64,000 nt of DNA from Planctomycetota bacterium (GCA_038227875.1 JBBRPR010000029.1:36939-100938); one strand, 5' to 3'; shown: positions 1 to 10,503, counted from the stretch's first letter. The notes: generated by a model from the letters alone, not told the origin. A program made the numbers and translations.

Positions 1-1
1 G

Positions 2-3000
2 CTGACTGCAGAGCCGCTGAAAGGACAGTTGCGTCTCCAGATTGCGGTGCGCGAAGGCGCCCCGTGGCCCGGGTTGCGCATTGCCGCGGCGGCGGTGCTG
101 AACGACGAAAACGTCCCTCTTAATAAGCTTCCCGCCCAAGTCCGCGCTGCCGCCGATCCGCTCGACACCTTGTTGATCCGCACGCTGCTCCAACAACCGC
201 TGGTCGATAACCTTTACGTGGTCGGCGCGCGCGATTTCGCGGCGCTGCTGGCGCTGCTCCGTAATCATTCACCGGCGTGCGCGTTGACGGAAGATGGCCG
301 CGTCGCGGAGCTCGAAATTCTATCCGACGCGCCCTCGTGGGATCTGCGCGTGACGAACGCCGTTTTTCCGCCGGCGCTTTCCGTGGCCGACGTCGCGCTC
401 GATGTCCGCCACTCGTTCCGTTGTCCGGAGACCGGCGACGTGCTCGGCGCGCCGCTCTACCGCGGCGCAAGCTATTGGACGTTCGCCCGCGTCATCACGC
501 CCGCGCCTGAACGTCCGGCCGATGCGAAGCTCCGCGAATTGTTTGACACCGATCCGCAAGTTCAGGCGCACATCACCGGACCGGACGCGTTTGAGCTGCT
601 CTTCCGAGCGCGCCTGGCAGCAAAGGCTGGAGAGTGCGCGCTGCGTCTTGACGACCCGTTGGTGCTCACGCGGATCGTTTTTGATGCGCTGAAAGAGCGC
701 ACGCGAATTTATTTCGATCACGTCGACCGGCTGGTCGTCGCGCGAGAACGCGTATTGCTCGACGGCAAAGTGCTCCCGAAAACAACCGCGGCAGATGGCA
801 GCGCGTGGCTGGTTCACGATAATCGCGCCTACCGGTTGCCAGACCAGCGCAGCGTGGAAACGGCCGACCGGGTGCTCGATGGCGACGAGATTCCGGCGTT
901 CGTCGATGCGGAGTTGGCGGAACTTAGAAAAACCGGCGCAGTGATCGATCCGCGCGTTGAAGCGGTGTATGTCTGCGACTCGGTCAAACCCAGCGTGGCG
1001 TTGAAGGCCGCGGAAAAAGACGACGTCGTGCAGGCTCAGTGGTTCTTCGAAGCCAGCGGCTCGCAGCGCGTCGCCGACGCCATTGCGCCGATTGAAATTC
1101 TCGCCGCCGCCGCGCAGGGCCAGAAGTACCTGCGCAAGGGCGATGCGTTCATCCGCGTCAACCGTGAGTCGGTGATGGAATGCAAGAAGAAGCTGCGCGA
1201 GGCCGGCATCGTCAACGAAGAGACCGAACTGCGCGGCGAACAGATTCCGGAGATGCTCTCCTGGGCCAAGGCCGCGCGCGCCGGCGAGATCACGCCGTGG
1301 AACATGTATGTCGCCGACGCCGTTGAAGGTTCGCACCACGTCAAAGATCAGCCCGCCAACGTACGTTTCAGCCTCGATGTGGAAGAAGAGCAGGACGGCG
1401 ACACGTGGTTCACCTTGAAGCCGACGTTCGAGCACGCCAACGAAGGACTGACGGAAGAAGAACTGCGAAAGCTCGTCCGCGAAGGCAAGAAGTGGTTCCG
1501 CAAAGGTAACCAGTGGGTCAAGGTCGACGCCGAAGCGCTGGAGAAGTTCGAACTCAACATCGAATCGGCCGGCGTGCAGCGCCGCCGCGGACGACGACGC
1601 CAGTTCTACTACCGCTTCCGCCCGGCCGCGCGCGACCGCGTCACGGAAATTTTCAGTCTCTCCGGCACGCTGCAGCACGCGCAGCGCTACGACGCATTTT
1701 TGGCGCAGTTGCGCAGCTTCGACAAGGTCCAGGAACTGTCGCTGCCCAAGGGTCTGACCATGACCCTGCGCCCGTACCAGAAGCAGGGCTACGAATGGCT
1801 CGCGTTTCTCGCCAGCTACGGCCTGAACGGAATTCTCGCCGACGACATGGGCCTGGGCAAAACCGCGCAGACCATCGCGCTGCTGACGCGCATGAAAGAA
1901 CAGTCCGGCCACGGCCCGAACCTGATCGTCACGCCGACGTCGCTGGCCGATAACTGGAAGAACGAAATCGCGAAATTCAGCCCCGGCTTGACCTCGATGA
2001 TCTACCGTGGCTCGCCGCAGCGCCGCGACCGCTTGCGTAAGGAACTCGAGACCGTTGACATCGTCCTCGGTACGTATGCGACCGTGCGCAACGACGCCTC
2101 GCTGCTACGCGAAGTTCAGTGGCGCTACGTGATCCTCGACGAAGCGCACTTCATCAAAAATTCTGCGGCGGCGACGACCAAGGCGATCAAGACCATTCCC
2201 GCGCGCCACCGGTTGGCGCTGACCGGCACGCCGATTCAGAATCGCCTGACGGAACTCTGGTCGCTCTTCGATTTCCTGATGCCGGAATTCCTCGGCCGGC
2301 AAATGCGCTTCCGCGAAAATTACGAAGACCCCATCGCCCGCATGCAATCCGGCCGCGCGGAAACCGCCGACGAACAGCAGAACGGCGAACACGCCATGGA
2401 GCGGCTTCGCGAACGCATCAAGCCGTTTGTGCTGCGCCGCCTGAAGACCGACGTCGCGCGCGATCTGCCGCCCAAGATCGAGAACGATATTTTCTGCTCG
2501 CTCTGTCCGGAACAGGTCTCGCTCTACCGCGGCTTCTCCGATTCCGACGAAGCGAAGACCGCCGTGAAGGAGTTGATCGAAAAGGGCGCCGACCATGCGC
2601 AGACGGCGATTCTCGCCGCGCTGACGTCGCTGCGCAAGATCTGCAATCACGCCGACTTGATGTACATGCCCAAGACCGGCGAGCGCCTGCGCGTTGAAAA
2701 GCCGCTGCCGGGTTACGAAACACGCTCCGGAAAACTCGAAGCCCTCGGCGAACTGCTCGAGCAGTGCCGCGAAGGCGGCCACCGCGCGCTGATTTTCTGT
2801 CAACTCACCAGCATGCTCGACATCCTCGGGCATTTCCTCGACGGCATGGGCCTGCAGTACCTGCGCCTGGACGGCGAAACGCCGGGCACCTCGCGCCAGG
2901 CGCTGGTGGAACGCTTCAACAAGGAAACGAATTTCAATGCGTTCCTGATTTCCACGCGCGCGGGCGGCACGGGTTTGAATCTCACCGGCGCCGACACGGT

Positions 3001-3295
3001 TATCTTCTACGATCACGATTGGAATCCAGCCAACGATCAGCAGGCGCAGGACCGCGCGTACCGCATCGGCCAGCTGAAGACCGTGAACGTCTACCGTTTG
3101 ATCTGCAAAGGCACGCTGGAAGAAAAAATTCTGCGCCGCCAGATGCTCAAGAAGATGCTCGCCAGCTCGATCGTCCAACACGACGTCGCCGGCATGAAAG
3201 CGCTGACGCGCGAAGAACTCGTCAGTCTCTTTACCTTCACCGAAGAGAAGGCCGCCGACAAGAACGCCGAAGCCAAAGCCGCCAGCACCGAGTAA
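2..3295 (+). CDS. SNF2-family (SWI2/SNF2) helicase/ATPase, 5' end lies upstream of the window
   Basis: Motifs ILADDMGLGKT, LDEAHFIKN, ALTGTPIQN, FVLRRLK, STRAGGTGLNL, QAQDRAYRIGQ; frame is open back to base 2. Confidence 0.93.
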   Translation: MTAEPLKGQLRLQIAVREGAPWPGLRIAAAAVLNDENVPLNKLPAQVRAAADPLDTLLIRTLLQQPLVDNLYVVGARDFAALLALLRNHSPACALTEDGRVAELEILSDAPSWDLRVTNAVFPPALSVADVALDVRHSFRCPETGDVLGAPLYRGASYWTFARVITPAPERPADAKLRELFDTDPQVQAHITGPDAFELLFRARLAAKAGECALRLDDPLVLTRIVFDALKERTRIYFDHVDRLVVARERVLLDGKVLPKTTAADGSAWLVHDNRAYRLPDQRSVETADRVLDGDEIPAFVDAELAELRKTGAVIDPRVEAVYVCDSVKPSVALKAAEKDDVVQAQWFFEASGSQRVADAIAPIEILAAAAQGQKYLRKGDAFIRVNRESVMECKKKLREAGIVNEETELRGEQIPEMLSWAKAARAGEITPWNMYVADAVEGSHHVKDQPANVRFSLDVEEEQDGDTWFTLKPTFEHANEGLTEEELRKLVREGKKWFRKGNQWVKVDAEALEKFELNIESAGVQRRRGRRRQFYYRFRPAARDRVTEIFSLSGTLQHAQRYDAFLAQLRSFDKVQELSLPKGLTMTLRPYQKQGYEWLAFLASYGLNGILADDMGLGKTAQTIALLTRMKEQSGHGPNLIVTPTSLADNWKNEIAKFSPGLTSMIYRGSPQRRDRLRKELETVDIVLGTYATVRNDASLLREVQWRYVILDEAHFIKNSAAATTKAIKTIPARHRLALTGTPIQNRLTELWSLFDFLMPEFLGRQMRFRENYEDPIARMQSGRAETADEQQNGEHAMERLRERIKPFVLRRLKTDVARDLPPKIENDIFCSLCPEQVSLYRGFSDSDEAKTAVKELIEKGADHAQTAILAALTSLRKICNHADLMYMPKTGERLRVEKPLPGYETRSGKLEALGELLEQCREGGHRALIFCQLTSMLDILGHFLDGMGLQYLRLDGETPGTSRQALVERFNKETNFNAFLISTRAGGTGLNLTGADTVIFYDHDWNPANDQQAQDRAYRIGQLKTVNVYRLICKGTLEEKILRRQMLKKMLASSIVQHDVAGMKALTREELVSLFTFTEEKAADKNAEAKAASTE

Positions 3296-5692
3296 CTACA
3301 CCGCGGCGGTGGCTTCTCGCGGCTTGGCCGGCGCAGCGAATGGCGGCAGCACGCCGGCGTTCAACGTGCCCAGCAGCTGCGTATTTTCGAAGTCCAGCGC
3401 CATCCGTGACGTCGATTTCTCGACGATGAATTTCATCTGCGAAACGGAAAGTCCGGTCAGCAGGAAAATGTCCGGTCCCTGCGTCGTGTCGGGATCGTCG
3501 TCCTGGAGTGAGCGGGCCAGCGTCTCGATGACATCGGCATCCGCGTCAGGCGCCAGGACAAAAAGCGCCGCGCTGTTGGCGCGCTTGTCGGCGCGCAACT
3601 TGGCGAAGGCGCTTTTCATTTCCTCTTCCAGCTTCTCGTAGGCAATCGCGTAGTCCGGCGTGCAGACGATGTTGTTCTGCTTGAATTTCGCCGGCCGCAG
3701 TGACATTTCCAGCAGGACCGACTTGATCGTCGCGGCCGTGCGCGGCCAGCTGAATTTCGCCGCCTGCACCAGGCCCGCGGTAATCATGCGCGTCCGGACT
3801 TCCGGCTTCTGAACTTTATCAATCGCTTTGATCACTTCGTCCGGATCGTCGCCGCCGATGTAGATCGGCGCTTCGCCGCCGACTTCGCGCAGCGAACTGT
3901 ACGGACAGCAGATCACCGGACAACCGGCAGCCATGGCTTCAGCCACGGGGAGACCGAAGCCTTCGTATTTCGACGGATACACGCAGGCGACGGCGCCGGA
4001 GTACGCGGCGACCATGTCGTCATCGTCGAGGCGGCGGCGGTGGACCTGCATACCTTCGACGCACGGCACAAACTCCGCCTCCAGCGGATTGGCGGAGCCG
4101 CAGATGACCAATTCGTAGTCTGTGCGGTTGGGCATTTTGCGCAGCGCTTCAAAGAAGACCGCGCCATTCTTGTAGCCGTGGCGATGGCCAACCCAGATCA
4201 GGTAGGGCTTTTTGATGCCGAACTTCGTCTTGAAGCGTTCGATCTCCTGTTCCGGGCGCGGCGCGAAGTGCGGCGAGACGCCGTTGTGCGCGACGGTGAT
4301 CGTCTTGGGATCGAGATCGGGGAAGAATTTCTTCACGTCCTTGGCCGTGTTATTCGAAACGCAGAGGAACGCCGACGCGTACTTCACGCCTTCGTGCTTT
4401 TCCTTCCACATCGGATCGGTCAAGTCTGCGCCGACCACTTCCGGGATCATGTCATGCATCATGAACACCGTCGGCGTGGTGAGCGGCGTGGTGTAATAGG
4501 TGGAAATGAAGGCCGCCGCATTCTCCTCGTCGCAAATGCGCTGCAGCATCGTGCGGTCGATCGGCAATCGCTTGTAGTCATGCCGCGGTATGGTTCGCGA
4601 GCGGATGCCGGGAATCGTCGGCCCGGTGCCGCCGCGGTTGAGGAACAGAATCGAGCTGCCGAATTCTTCCTTCGCCCAATGTTCCATCAGCGTGCGCCAG
4701 ACGCGCGCGATGCCGGTGTTGTAGTACTGAAAAAATACGCCGTCGACAATGATCGTGCCGGCCACCGGCGGCTGGAATTTGTGCGGCGCCTGCGGCTTGG
4801 GCGGCGCGAAGGACCACTCGCGGCGCATCAGCGGCACGACGCCGAGATTCTGGGCGGTATCGACCATCGTGTCGTCGCGCACCCATGGAAAGAAATCGCA
4901 GAGCATGACCGGGAAGACCGGCTGCGCCAGCAGCACCTTCCAGCGCCCCACCGCGCCGTGATAGGCGTAATATTGTTCCTTGAAGCGCAGCTGATTTTCC
5001 GTCACGTACGCGTAGTGCTGAAAAACCAGTCCGCGCGATTCGGTCTCGTAATGATTGAACGCGTTGGCGGCGACGTCGTGCCACACGCCTTCGCCATTCT
5101 GAGCCATCAGTCGCGGCGGCTCGTGAGCCAGCCAGAGATTGCCGGGACGGTAGCGCCAGGTGCGCAGCCATTCGAAATTCGGATTCTGCGAGTAACAATT
5201 GCGCGTCGAGATGACCAGATTTTCGCCAACGAAATAATCACACCAGTAAAACGCCGCGTTCTTGCTCGGATCGTCGAGGAACATCTGCCGCGCCGCGCTG
5301 AACTGCTCGGCGGTCCAGAGTTCATCGGAATCGATCTGCCAGAGCAGGCATTCGCAGGGAATATTGCCCAGAGGCGCGTTGACCATCTCGCGCTTGCCTT
5401 CCCAGAACTGCCCAGGAGGTTTGCGGTAGATGGAAACATTTCTTGGAAATTCGCGCGCGAGCTGATCGAGGTACTCCGCGGTGCCATCGTTGCTCAAACC
5501 ATTGTTGTGCGAGTCCGCCGGAACGCGCCCGCCACCGCCGACGCTCCACGCCGTATCGTGCTTCAACTCGGCCACGCCTTCAACGACGTGCCAGTGCCAC
5601 GGAAAGTCGAGCTTCTTGAGCACGTCGATGTGATAACGGATGAAAGGCTGACCATTAAGTACGATTGTGAAGAAATGAATGGGAAGATCCAT
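3296..5692 (-). CDS. Multidomain glycosyltransferase: N-terminal GT-A-like domain plus GT4 (group 1) domain
   Basis: YPSKYEGFGLPVAEAMAAGCPVI (GT4 EX7E motif); N-terminal WQIDSDE DxD-type motif. Confidence 0.88.
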   Translation of the reverse strand: MDLPIHFFTIVLNGQPFIRYHIDVLKKLDFPWHWHVVEGVAELKHDTAWSVGGGGRVPADSHNNGLSNDGTAEYLDQLAREFPRNVSIYRKPPGQFWEGKREMVNAPLGNIPCECLLWQIDSDELWTAEQFSAARQMFLDDPSKNAAFYWCDYFVGENLVISTRNCYSQNPNFEWLRTWRYRPGNLWLAHEPPRLMAQNGEGVWHDVAANAFNHYETESRGLVFQHYAYVTENQLRFKEQYYAYHGAVGRWKVLLAQPVFPVMLCDFFPWVRDDTMVDTAQNLGVVPLMRREWSFAPPKPQAPHKFQPPVAGTIIVDGVFFQYYNTGIARVWRTLMEHWAKEEFGSSILFLNRGGTGPTIPGIRSRTIPRHDYKRLPIDRTMLQRICDEENAAAFISTYYTTPLTTPTVFMMHDMIPEVVGADLTDPMWKEKHEGVKYASAFLCVSNNTAKDVKKFFPDLDPKTITVAHNGVSPHFAPRPEQEIERFKTKFGIKKPYLIWVGHRHGYKNGAVFFEALRKMPNRTDYELVICGSANPLEAEFVPCVEGMQVHRRRLDDDDMVAAYSGAVACVYPSKYEGFGLPVAEAMAAGCPVICCPYSSLREVGGEAPIYIGGDDPDEVIKAIDKVQKPEVRTRMITAGLVQAAKFSWPRTAATIKSVLLEMSLRPAKFKQNNIVCTPDYAIAYEKLEEEMKSAFAKLRADKRANSAALFVLAPDADADVIETLARSLQDDDPDTTQGPDIFLLTGLSVSQMKFIVEKSTSRMALDFENTQLLGTLNAGVLPPFAAPAKPREATAAV

Positions 5693-5813
5693 GGGTCGGC
5701 CTCGATTTGAAGCTGAATTGCGGAAAGTACCGACCGATGGAATGCAAAGAGTGTGCCTGAAAATAGGGTAGGTGAGGTTGTTGGCGGTGCAAATTTTGCC
5801 GCCGAGGAAACTC

Positions 5814-5843
5814 TTGGCTCTTATCTCACGAGCTTAGAGCCAA
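5814..5843 (-). terminator. Possible terminator hairpin after the HDOD gene
   Basis: TTGGCTCT...AGAGCCAA inverted repeat just past the stop codon. Confidence 0.35.
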
Positions 5844-5851
5844 CAGATGCC

Positions 5852-6940
5852 CTACAAACAACTGATCACCGTATTGATCCGCTTCGGCATATCCTTCGGC
5901 ATCTTCTTCATCGCTTCCATCAGATCGCAGGGAAGATTCAGGCGGTCGGTGACTTCCGGGCTGAAAATGTCGATCTCGTTGTCGTTGCCGCTGAAGCCGC
6001 CGAGCTTGGCGAACTGGTTGGCCAGGCAGGTGACGATGGTCAGATCGCGGATGTGCTTGGAGTACGACTTCAGCCGGTCGGCGCAATTGCCGTGGTGGTG
6101 AAGTTCGATGGCGCAGACCAGTGAGTCGGGAAGTCCCCAGTTCTTGGCCAGCACGGCGCCGAAGACCGTGTGACACGCGCCGAACAGCCGTTCTTCCTTG
6201 GCCAGCAGCGATTCGCCGAGCAGCGATGTCTGCGGGTTGATCAGGTCGGCGACTTTATCGGGATAGCACATACACATCACGATTTTGCCAATGTCGTGCA
6301 ACAGGCCGGCAGTGACGGCCTCCGAAGATTCCATGCGCGGCAGCCGCTGCGCCAGTTCGCGCGCGTACATGCTTGCGGCGATGGAATGAGCCCACAACGC
6401 ATCGGGATCCTGCTTGCTGGCTTTAACGCGATCCATCTGAATCATGCCCGAGACCGCGCCGCGCATGGCGATCGACTGCAGCAGATCGAAGCCAATCAGC
6501 ATCACGCCGGTCTTGACGCTGACGACGGTCTGGTCGGTGGCGTACAGCGCAGAATTTGCCACGCGCAACACGGAGGTGCTCAGTGACGGATCCAATTGCA
6601 CCAGTTCGCTGACGCGAGCTTCTGAAACGTTGGGCGAATGCAGGCAAGCCACGAGTTCGCTGATCACGGCGGGAAAGGCGGGGATTTCGCACGCGGCGTC
6701 AAGCACTGCGCGCATCACCTCCTGATCCATATCCTTAAGCAGGCGCGGCTGATAGCGCGACGAAGAAGAGGCCGGCATCGAGCCGACTTCTTCGGAAGCG
6801 ATGGAAACCACGGACAGGGGGTTTGATTTTAGGACAGTGTGGATGGAATCAGACGTATCCTTATGGCCCCCAAAGAAATGGAAGAAGGCGCGCAGCATAC
6901 CTCTGAGTTTCGAGATCCGTGTCGTGCGGAGCGTTTCCAT
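5852..6940 (-). CDS. HDOD domain signal-transduction protein
   Basis: IPAFP, DPSLSTSVLRVANSALY, WAHS, AGLLHDIGK, HTVFGAVLAKNWGLP...HH; ATG at 6940 with a purine-rich RBS. Confidence 0.9.
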   Translation of the reverse strand: METLRTTRISKLRGMLRAFFHFFGGHKDTSDSIHTVLKSNPLSVVSIASEEVGSMPASSSSRYQPRLLKDMDQEVMRAVLDAACEIPAFPAVISELVACLHSPNVSEARVSELVQLDPSLSTSVLRVANSALYATDQTVVSVKTGVMLIGFDLLQSIAMRGAVSGMIQMDRVKASKQDPDALWAHSIAASMYARELAQRLPRMESSEAVTAGLLHDIGKIVMCMCYPDKVADLINPQTSLLGESLLAKEERLFGACHTVFGAVLAKNWGLPDSLVCAIELHHHGNCADRLKSYSKHIRDLTIVTCLANQFAKLGGFSGNDNEIDIFSPEVTDRLNLPCDLMEAMKKMPKDMPKRINTVISCL

Positions 6941-6973
6941 GGTCTTTGATTCCCCCCGAATTTGCTGAGTAAC

Positions 6974-6990
6974 AGGCAAGGCGTTTGCCA
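6974..6990 (-). promoter_or_regulatory. Putative sigma54 (-24/-12) promoter of the HDOD gene
   Basis: Minus strand TGGCAAACGCCTTGCCT = GG-N10-GC, about 35 nt upstream of the start. Confidence 0.55.
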
Positions 6991-7072
6991 ATTGAATTAA
7001 CAACAGGGGCGTGTTTTGCCTTTTTCACCGGCAAAAGATGCAGCGCGATAAATGAGCTGTTGATTTTACTAC

Positions 7073-7099
7073 TTAACTCTTCCCAGCAGCTTCCGATGT
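7073..7099 (+). promoter_or_regulatory. Putative sigma28 (FliA) promoter of fliD
   Basis: TTAA-N15-TCCGATGT versus consensus TAAA-N15-GCCGATAA, 40 nt upstream of fliD. Confidence 0.45.
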
Positions 7100-7139
7100 G
7101 CAGGGTAGAGCGACAGTCGACAGTCGGGGAACTTAAGTC

Positions 7140-8618
7140 ATGGCAATTACAGCGAACACCACCGGGAATGCGAACGGATCTCCGATCACGTTCTCCAATC
7201 TCGCCTCCGGCCTCGATACCGCATCCATCGTTCAGAAACTCGTTCAGATCAAATCCGTTACGTTGAACAGCCTGAATACGAAGAAGACCGCGCTCACCGA
7301 TAAGCAAACCGCCTACAATACTCTTGCCGCCAAAATGGGAACGCTGCAGTCGGCAGCGGGATTTCTGGGCAAGAACACAACCTTCAAGAACTCCGTTGCT
7401 GCCAGTGTCGATCAAAGCAACGTGCTCTCGGCTACGGCTGCCTCCGGTTCATTGCTCGCCTCGTATAACGTCACGGTGTTGAACCGCAGCAGCGCCACGC
7501 GGCTGACCTCCGGCGCAGTGCTCAGCACCGGTTCAGGAATCGACACCACTGCGGCGCTGAATGGTGCGTCGGGACTGGCCGGTACGCTCAGCAGCGCGAC
7601 TGGCACGTTCACCATCAACGGCACCGCGATCAACTACGACGCCTCGAAGGACACGCTTACGGATATCGTGGCCCGCATCAATGGTTCTGGCGCGGGCGTC
7701 AATGCCATGTACGACAAGCTCGCCGACAAAATGATCCTGACCAATCGCACCAACGGCGCGACGCCCATCACCGTCGCTGACACCACTGGAACCCTGGGTG
7801 CGGCGTTGAACATGACCGTCTCCGGCGGCGCCAATGACGGCGTCAGTGTGGCCGGCGCAAATGCCAGGATCACCATCGACGGCATCAACAACGGCAATCC
7901 GATCCAGAGCAACGATGACTTGTTCACCGAAGCGGAGACTGGAATTCAGGGATTGTCCCTTACATTGAAGCAGGACACGGGCAGCACACACGTGACAGTT
8001 GGCGCGGATCCGGCCCCCATTGTCACCGCGGTGAACAGTTTTGTCACGGCGTACAACGATCTGCAGGACTTCATCGCCACGGAATCGGAATACGCCATCG
8101 GCAAGCCACAGCCCACTGACGGCTCCAAGAACACGGACGGTCATTTTGCCGGAGATCAGTCGGTGCAGGACCTGGGCTCGACCCTGCGCTCCATGGTCGC
8201 CAAGCAGTTCAATGGGTTGTCGGGACCCTTTTCCTATCTTTCCGGCGTCGGCATCAGCACCTCAGGAGTGGATCCCGATCTGACGGTCGATTCCACCAAG
8301 CTGACCAATGCACTCTCGACCAACCTCGCAGGCGTACAGAAGCTGTTCGCCGATCCCGCGGCGGGAACGTTCACCCGTTTGCAGACCTACGTTCAAAAGC
8401 AGGCCACGTTTCCGCAGGGCCTGATTCAGAGCAAGACCAACTCGCTCACTGATCAGATCAATCTTCTGGGCACATCGATCGACCGCGAAAAACAGAATGT
8501 GGATTCCTACAGCCAGACGATCACGCGGCAGTTCGCGACGATGGAGACGACCATCAGCGCGTACGGCTCCGGTTTGAACCAATTGCTCTCCACGCTTCCC
8601 AACGGGAAGTCGAACTAG
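7140..8618 (+). CDS. fliD: Flagellar filament cap protein FliD
   Basis: N-terminal SNLASGLDTASIVQKL, FVTAYN, C-terminal helix TITRQFATMETTIS; followed by fliS. Confidence 0.92.
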   Translation: MAITANTTGNANGSPITFSNLASGLDTASIVQKLVQIKSVTLNSLNTKKTALTDKQTAYNTLAAKMGTLQSAAGFLGKNTTFKNSVAASVDQSNVLSATAASGSLLASYNVTVLNRSSATRLTSGAVLSTGSGIDTTAALNGASGLAGTLSSATGTFTINGTAINYDASKDTLTDIVARINGSGAGVNAMYDKLADKMILTNRTNGATPITVADTTGTLGAALNMTVSGGANDGVSVAGANARITIDGINNGNPIQSNDDLFTEAETGIQGLSLTLKQDTGSTHVTVGADPAPIVTAVNSFVTAYNDLQDFIATESEYAIGKPQPTDGSKNTDGHFAGDQSVQDLGSTLRSMVAKQFNGLSGPFSYLSGVGISTSGVDPDLTVDSTKLTNALSTNLAGVQKLFADPAAGTFTRLQTYVQKQATFPQGLIQSKTNSLTDQINLLGTSIDREKQNVDSYSQTITRQFATMETTISAYGSGLNQLLSTLPNGKSN

Positions 8619-8635
8619 GATAAGAAAGGGGTTCG

Positions 8636-9073
8636 ATGATGAACCAGAACACGAACGAGTACATGGAACAGGAAGTCGCCAACGCCGATCCGGCCAAGCT
8701 CGTCGACCTGCTCTTTCAACGCGCGGTCCGCGATCTGGAACGGGCCTACGAGATGTGGCCGTCGCTGGCGCGCTCCGCGGAAGCCGTGCGCCTGGCGCTG
8801 CATGCGCAGGCGATCATCGGCGAACTGCAGTCCTGCCTGAATTTCAACGACGGCGGCGAACTGGCGGCGAACCTGGGACGCCTCTACGAATACATGCAGT
8901 TCCGCCTGACCCAGGCGCTGACCAATCACCGCCCCGAAGATGCGGAAGCCATCTCCGAAGTCTGCTCCCTGCTGGCCGGGTTGAGCAGCGCGTGGACGGA
9001 AATGTCCACCCGCGCGCGCGAAGAAGGCGCCAATGGGATGGGTCTGATGACGGGCGCTTCGCTGGTGGCGTAG
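8636..9073 (+). CDS. fliS: Flagellin export chaperone FliS
   Basis: YxEQEVANADPAKLVDLLF, AQAIIGELQSCLN..GGELAANLGRLYEYM, L..AW. Confidence 0.92.
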   Translation: MMNQNTNEYMEQEVANADPAKLVDLLFQRAVRDLERAYEMWPSLARSAEAVRLALHAQAIIGELQSCLNFNDGGELAANLGRLYEYMQFRLTQALTNHRPEDAEAISEVCSLLAGLSSAWTEMSTRAREEGANGMGLMTGASLVA

Positions 9074-9111
9074 TTGGAAACGTTGTACCGATCGTAGCGG
9101 AGGTTGACATT

Positions 9112-9426
9112 ATGGATTCGATGGACGAAATCCGGCTCACCGCCGAACAGCTCAAGCACCTGGCCAACGAAGCCCTGTGCGCGATCCGCGAACACAACGA
9201 GCTGGCGATCGACGAGATTCTCAAACTGCGCGAACCCCTGTTGGAAAGCGTCCGTGGCTTCGTTAACGATTTGCCGGAACTCGTTGCAGCCTGCCCGGCC
9301 ATTCACGAAGCCGCGTACTTGGAAGCCAGTGTCGCCGAAGCCGCGAAGCAGCGCCGCGACTCGCTTTATGCCGAATGGATGGACGTCCGCCAGCGTACAG
9401 CTCTGAAAAAGGCATATGACAATTAA
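9112..9426 (+). CDS. Small helical protein, FliT-like by position and size
   Basis: ATG 9112 after GGAGG; about 104 aa, all-helical, ends KKAYDN; third gene after fliD-fliS. Confidence 0.6.
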   Translation: MDSMDEIRLTAEQLKHLANEALCAIREHNELAIDEILKLREPLLESVRGFVNDLPELVAACPAIHEAAYLEASVAEAAKQRRDSLYAEWMDVRQRTALKKAYDN

Positions 9427-9483
9427 TAGTACGCGCGATGTGGTCCGCATTTTGCCCAATGTGTGAGTACGAGGGCAAGACCG

Positions 9484-10503
9484 ATGGCAATAAGCAAACT
9501 CTGCAGTGCAACCCCAGTCTCCACCCGGTTCCTCACGAGCGCGGTGTTGCTCGGCATGCTTCTGCCCGTGCTGAGCGGCTGTGTTGTTGATGAGCGCCTC
9601 GACCGTTCTGCTGCACAGGTTCCTCACCGCTTAAGCTGGTCGGAGAAATTCAAACGCATTCAAGACAGCAGCACGGCAATGATGAGTCCCAACATTCCCG
9701 TCAGCGATTCCAAGGACATCCTGGGCCTGATCGAAGAGATCGACCGGCGCACTACACGCGTCAAAACCGTGGGTGCGCGGCTGAAGGTCAAGATCACCAA
9801 CGACCTCGGCAAATCCATGAACCTTGACGCCAGCTACATCGGCGATTCTTCGGGCAACTTTCGCCTTCGTCTCACGGGAATCTTCGGCATTCTCGGCCTC
9901 GACATGGCGATGGCCGACGAACGCCTCGTCTGTTACCTGCCGACCCGCAAGACCGCGTTCGTGGTACCGGAACGAGAAATGAGCAACTGCGCTTCGGTCG
10001 AGTTGGGACTGATCTCCGAACTCGGCCGCGCGCGCGAATTGTTCTCGCCCCGTGCCTGGGCCGCCCGCGCCGACGCCCGCAAGATCACCGAAGACGAGCA
10101 CGGTCTGCAGGTGAATGTCATGAGCGTTAACAGCGCGTCCTCGAAATGCCTGCGGCGCATCCAGCTCAATCCCCTCGATCGCAACATTGCCTCCGAAGAC
10201 GTCTTCCGTCCCAGTGGTGATTTGTTGGGCCGCGCGGAGTACGTGAAATTTGTCTCGTATCAAAATCTGATCGAAGATCGGAAGAACAACCACGCCTCGG
10301 ACGAACTGCTGGAAACGCCGGTGGCGCAGTCGGTGCGACTGACCAGCGGCAACGGCAAGCTCACGCTGGAATTCGAAGTCGAATCGCTGCGCCTCAATGA
10401 TCCGATCAATCCGGCCGCGCTGGAGATCGACATCCCCTCCAAGATTCATGTCGAGACGCTGGCGGAGGCGCTGGCCTCTGGGCGCGGGTTGTTCGAGCCG
10501 TAA
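9484..10503 (+). CDS. Putative lipoprotein, LolA/LolB-like (DUF4292-like) beta fold
   Basis: Lipobox VLSGC; beta-strand pattern FRLRLTGIFG, CYLPTRKTAF, C-terminal LEIDIP. Confidence 0.6.
   Translation: MAISKLCSATPVSTRFLTSAVLLGMLLPVLSGCVVDERLDRSAAQVPHRLSWSEKFKRIQDSSTAMMSPNIPVSDSKDILGLIEEIDRRTTRVKTVGARLKVKITNDLGKSMNLDASYIGDSSGNFRLRLTGIFGILGLDMAMADERLVCYLPTRKTAFVVPEREMSNCASVELGLISELGRARELFSPRAWAARADARKITEDEHGLQVNVMSVNSASSKCLRRIQLNPLDRNIASEDVFRPSGDLLGRAEYVKFVSYQNLIEDRKNNHASDELLETPVAQSVRLTSGNGKLTLEFEVESLRLNDPINPAALEIDIPSKIHVETLAEALASGRGLFEP

Noticed and set aside
2..3295. SNF2 helicase as part of an anti-phage defence system
   Set aside because: Host-like codon usage and no methylase, nuclease or other defence partner visible; upstream context is outside the window
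8755..9111. N-terminal part of ORF 8755-9426
   Set aside because: Overlaps fliS out of frame; the credible start is 9112
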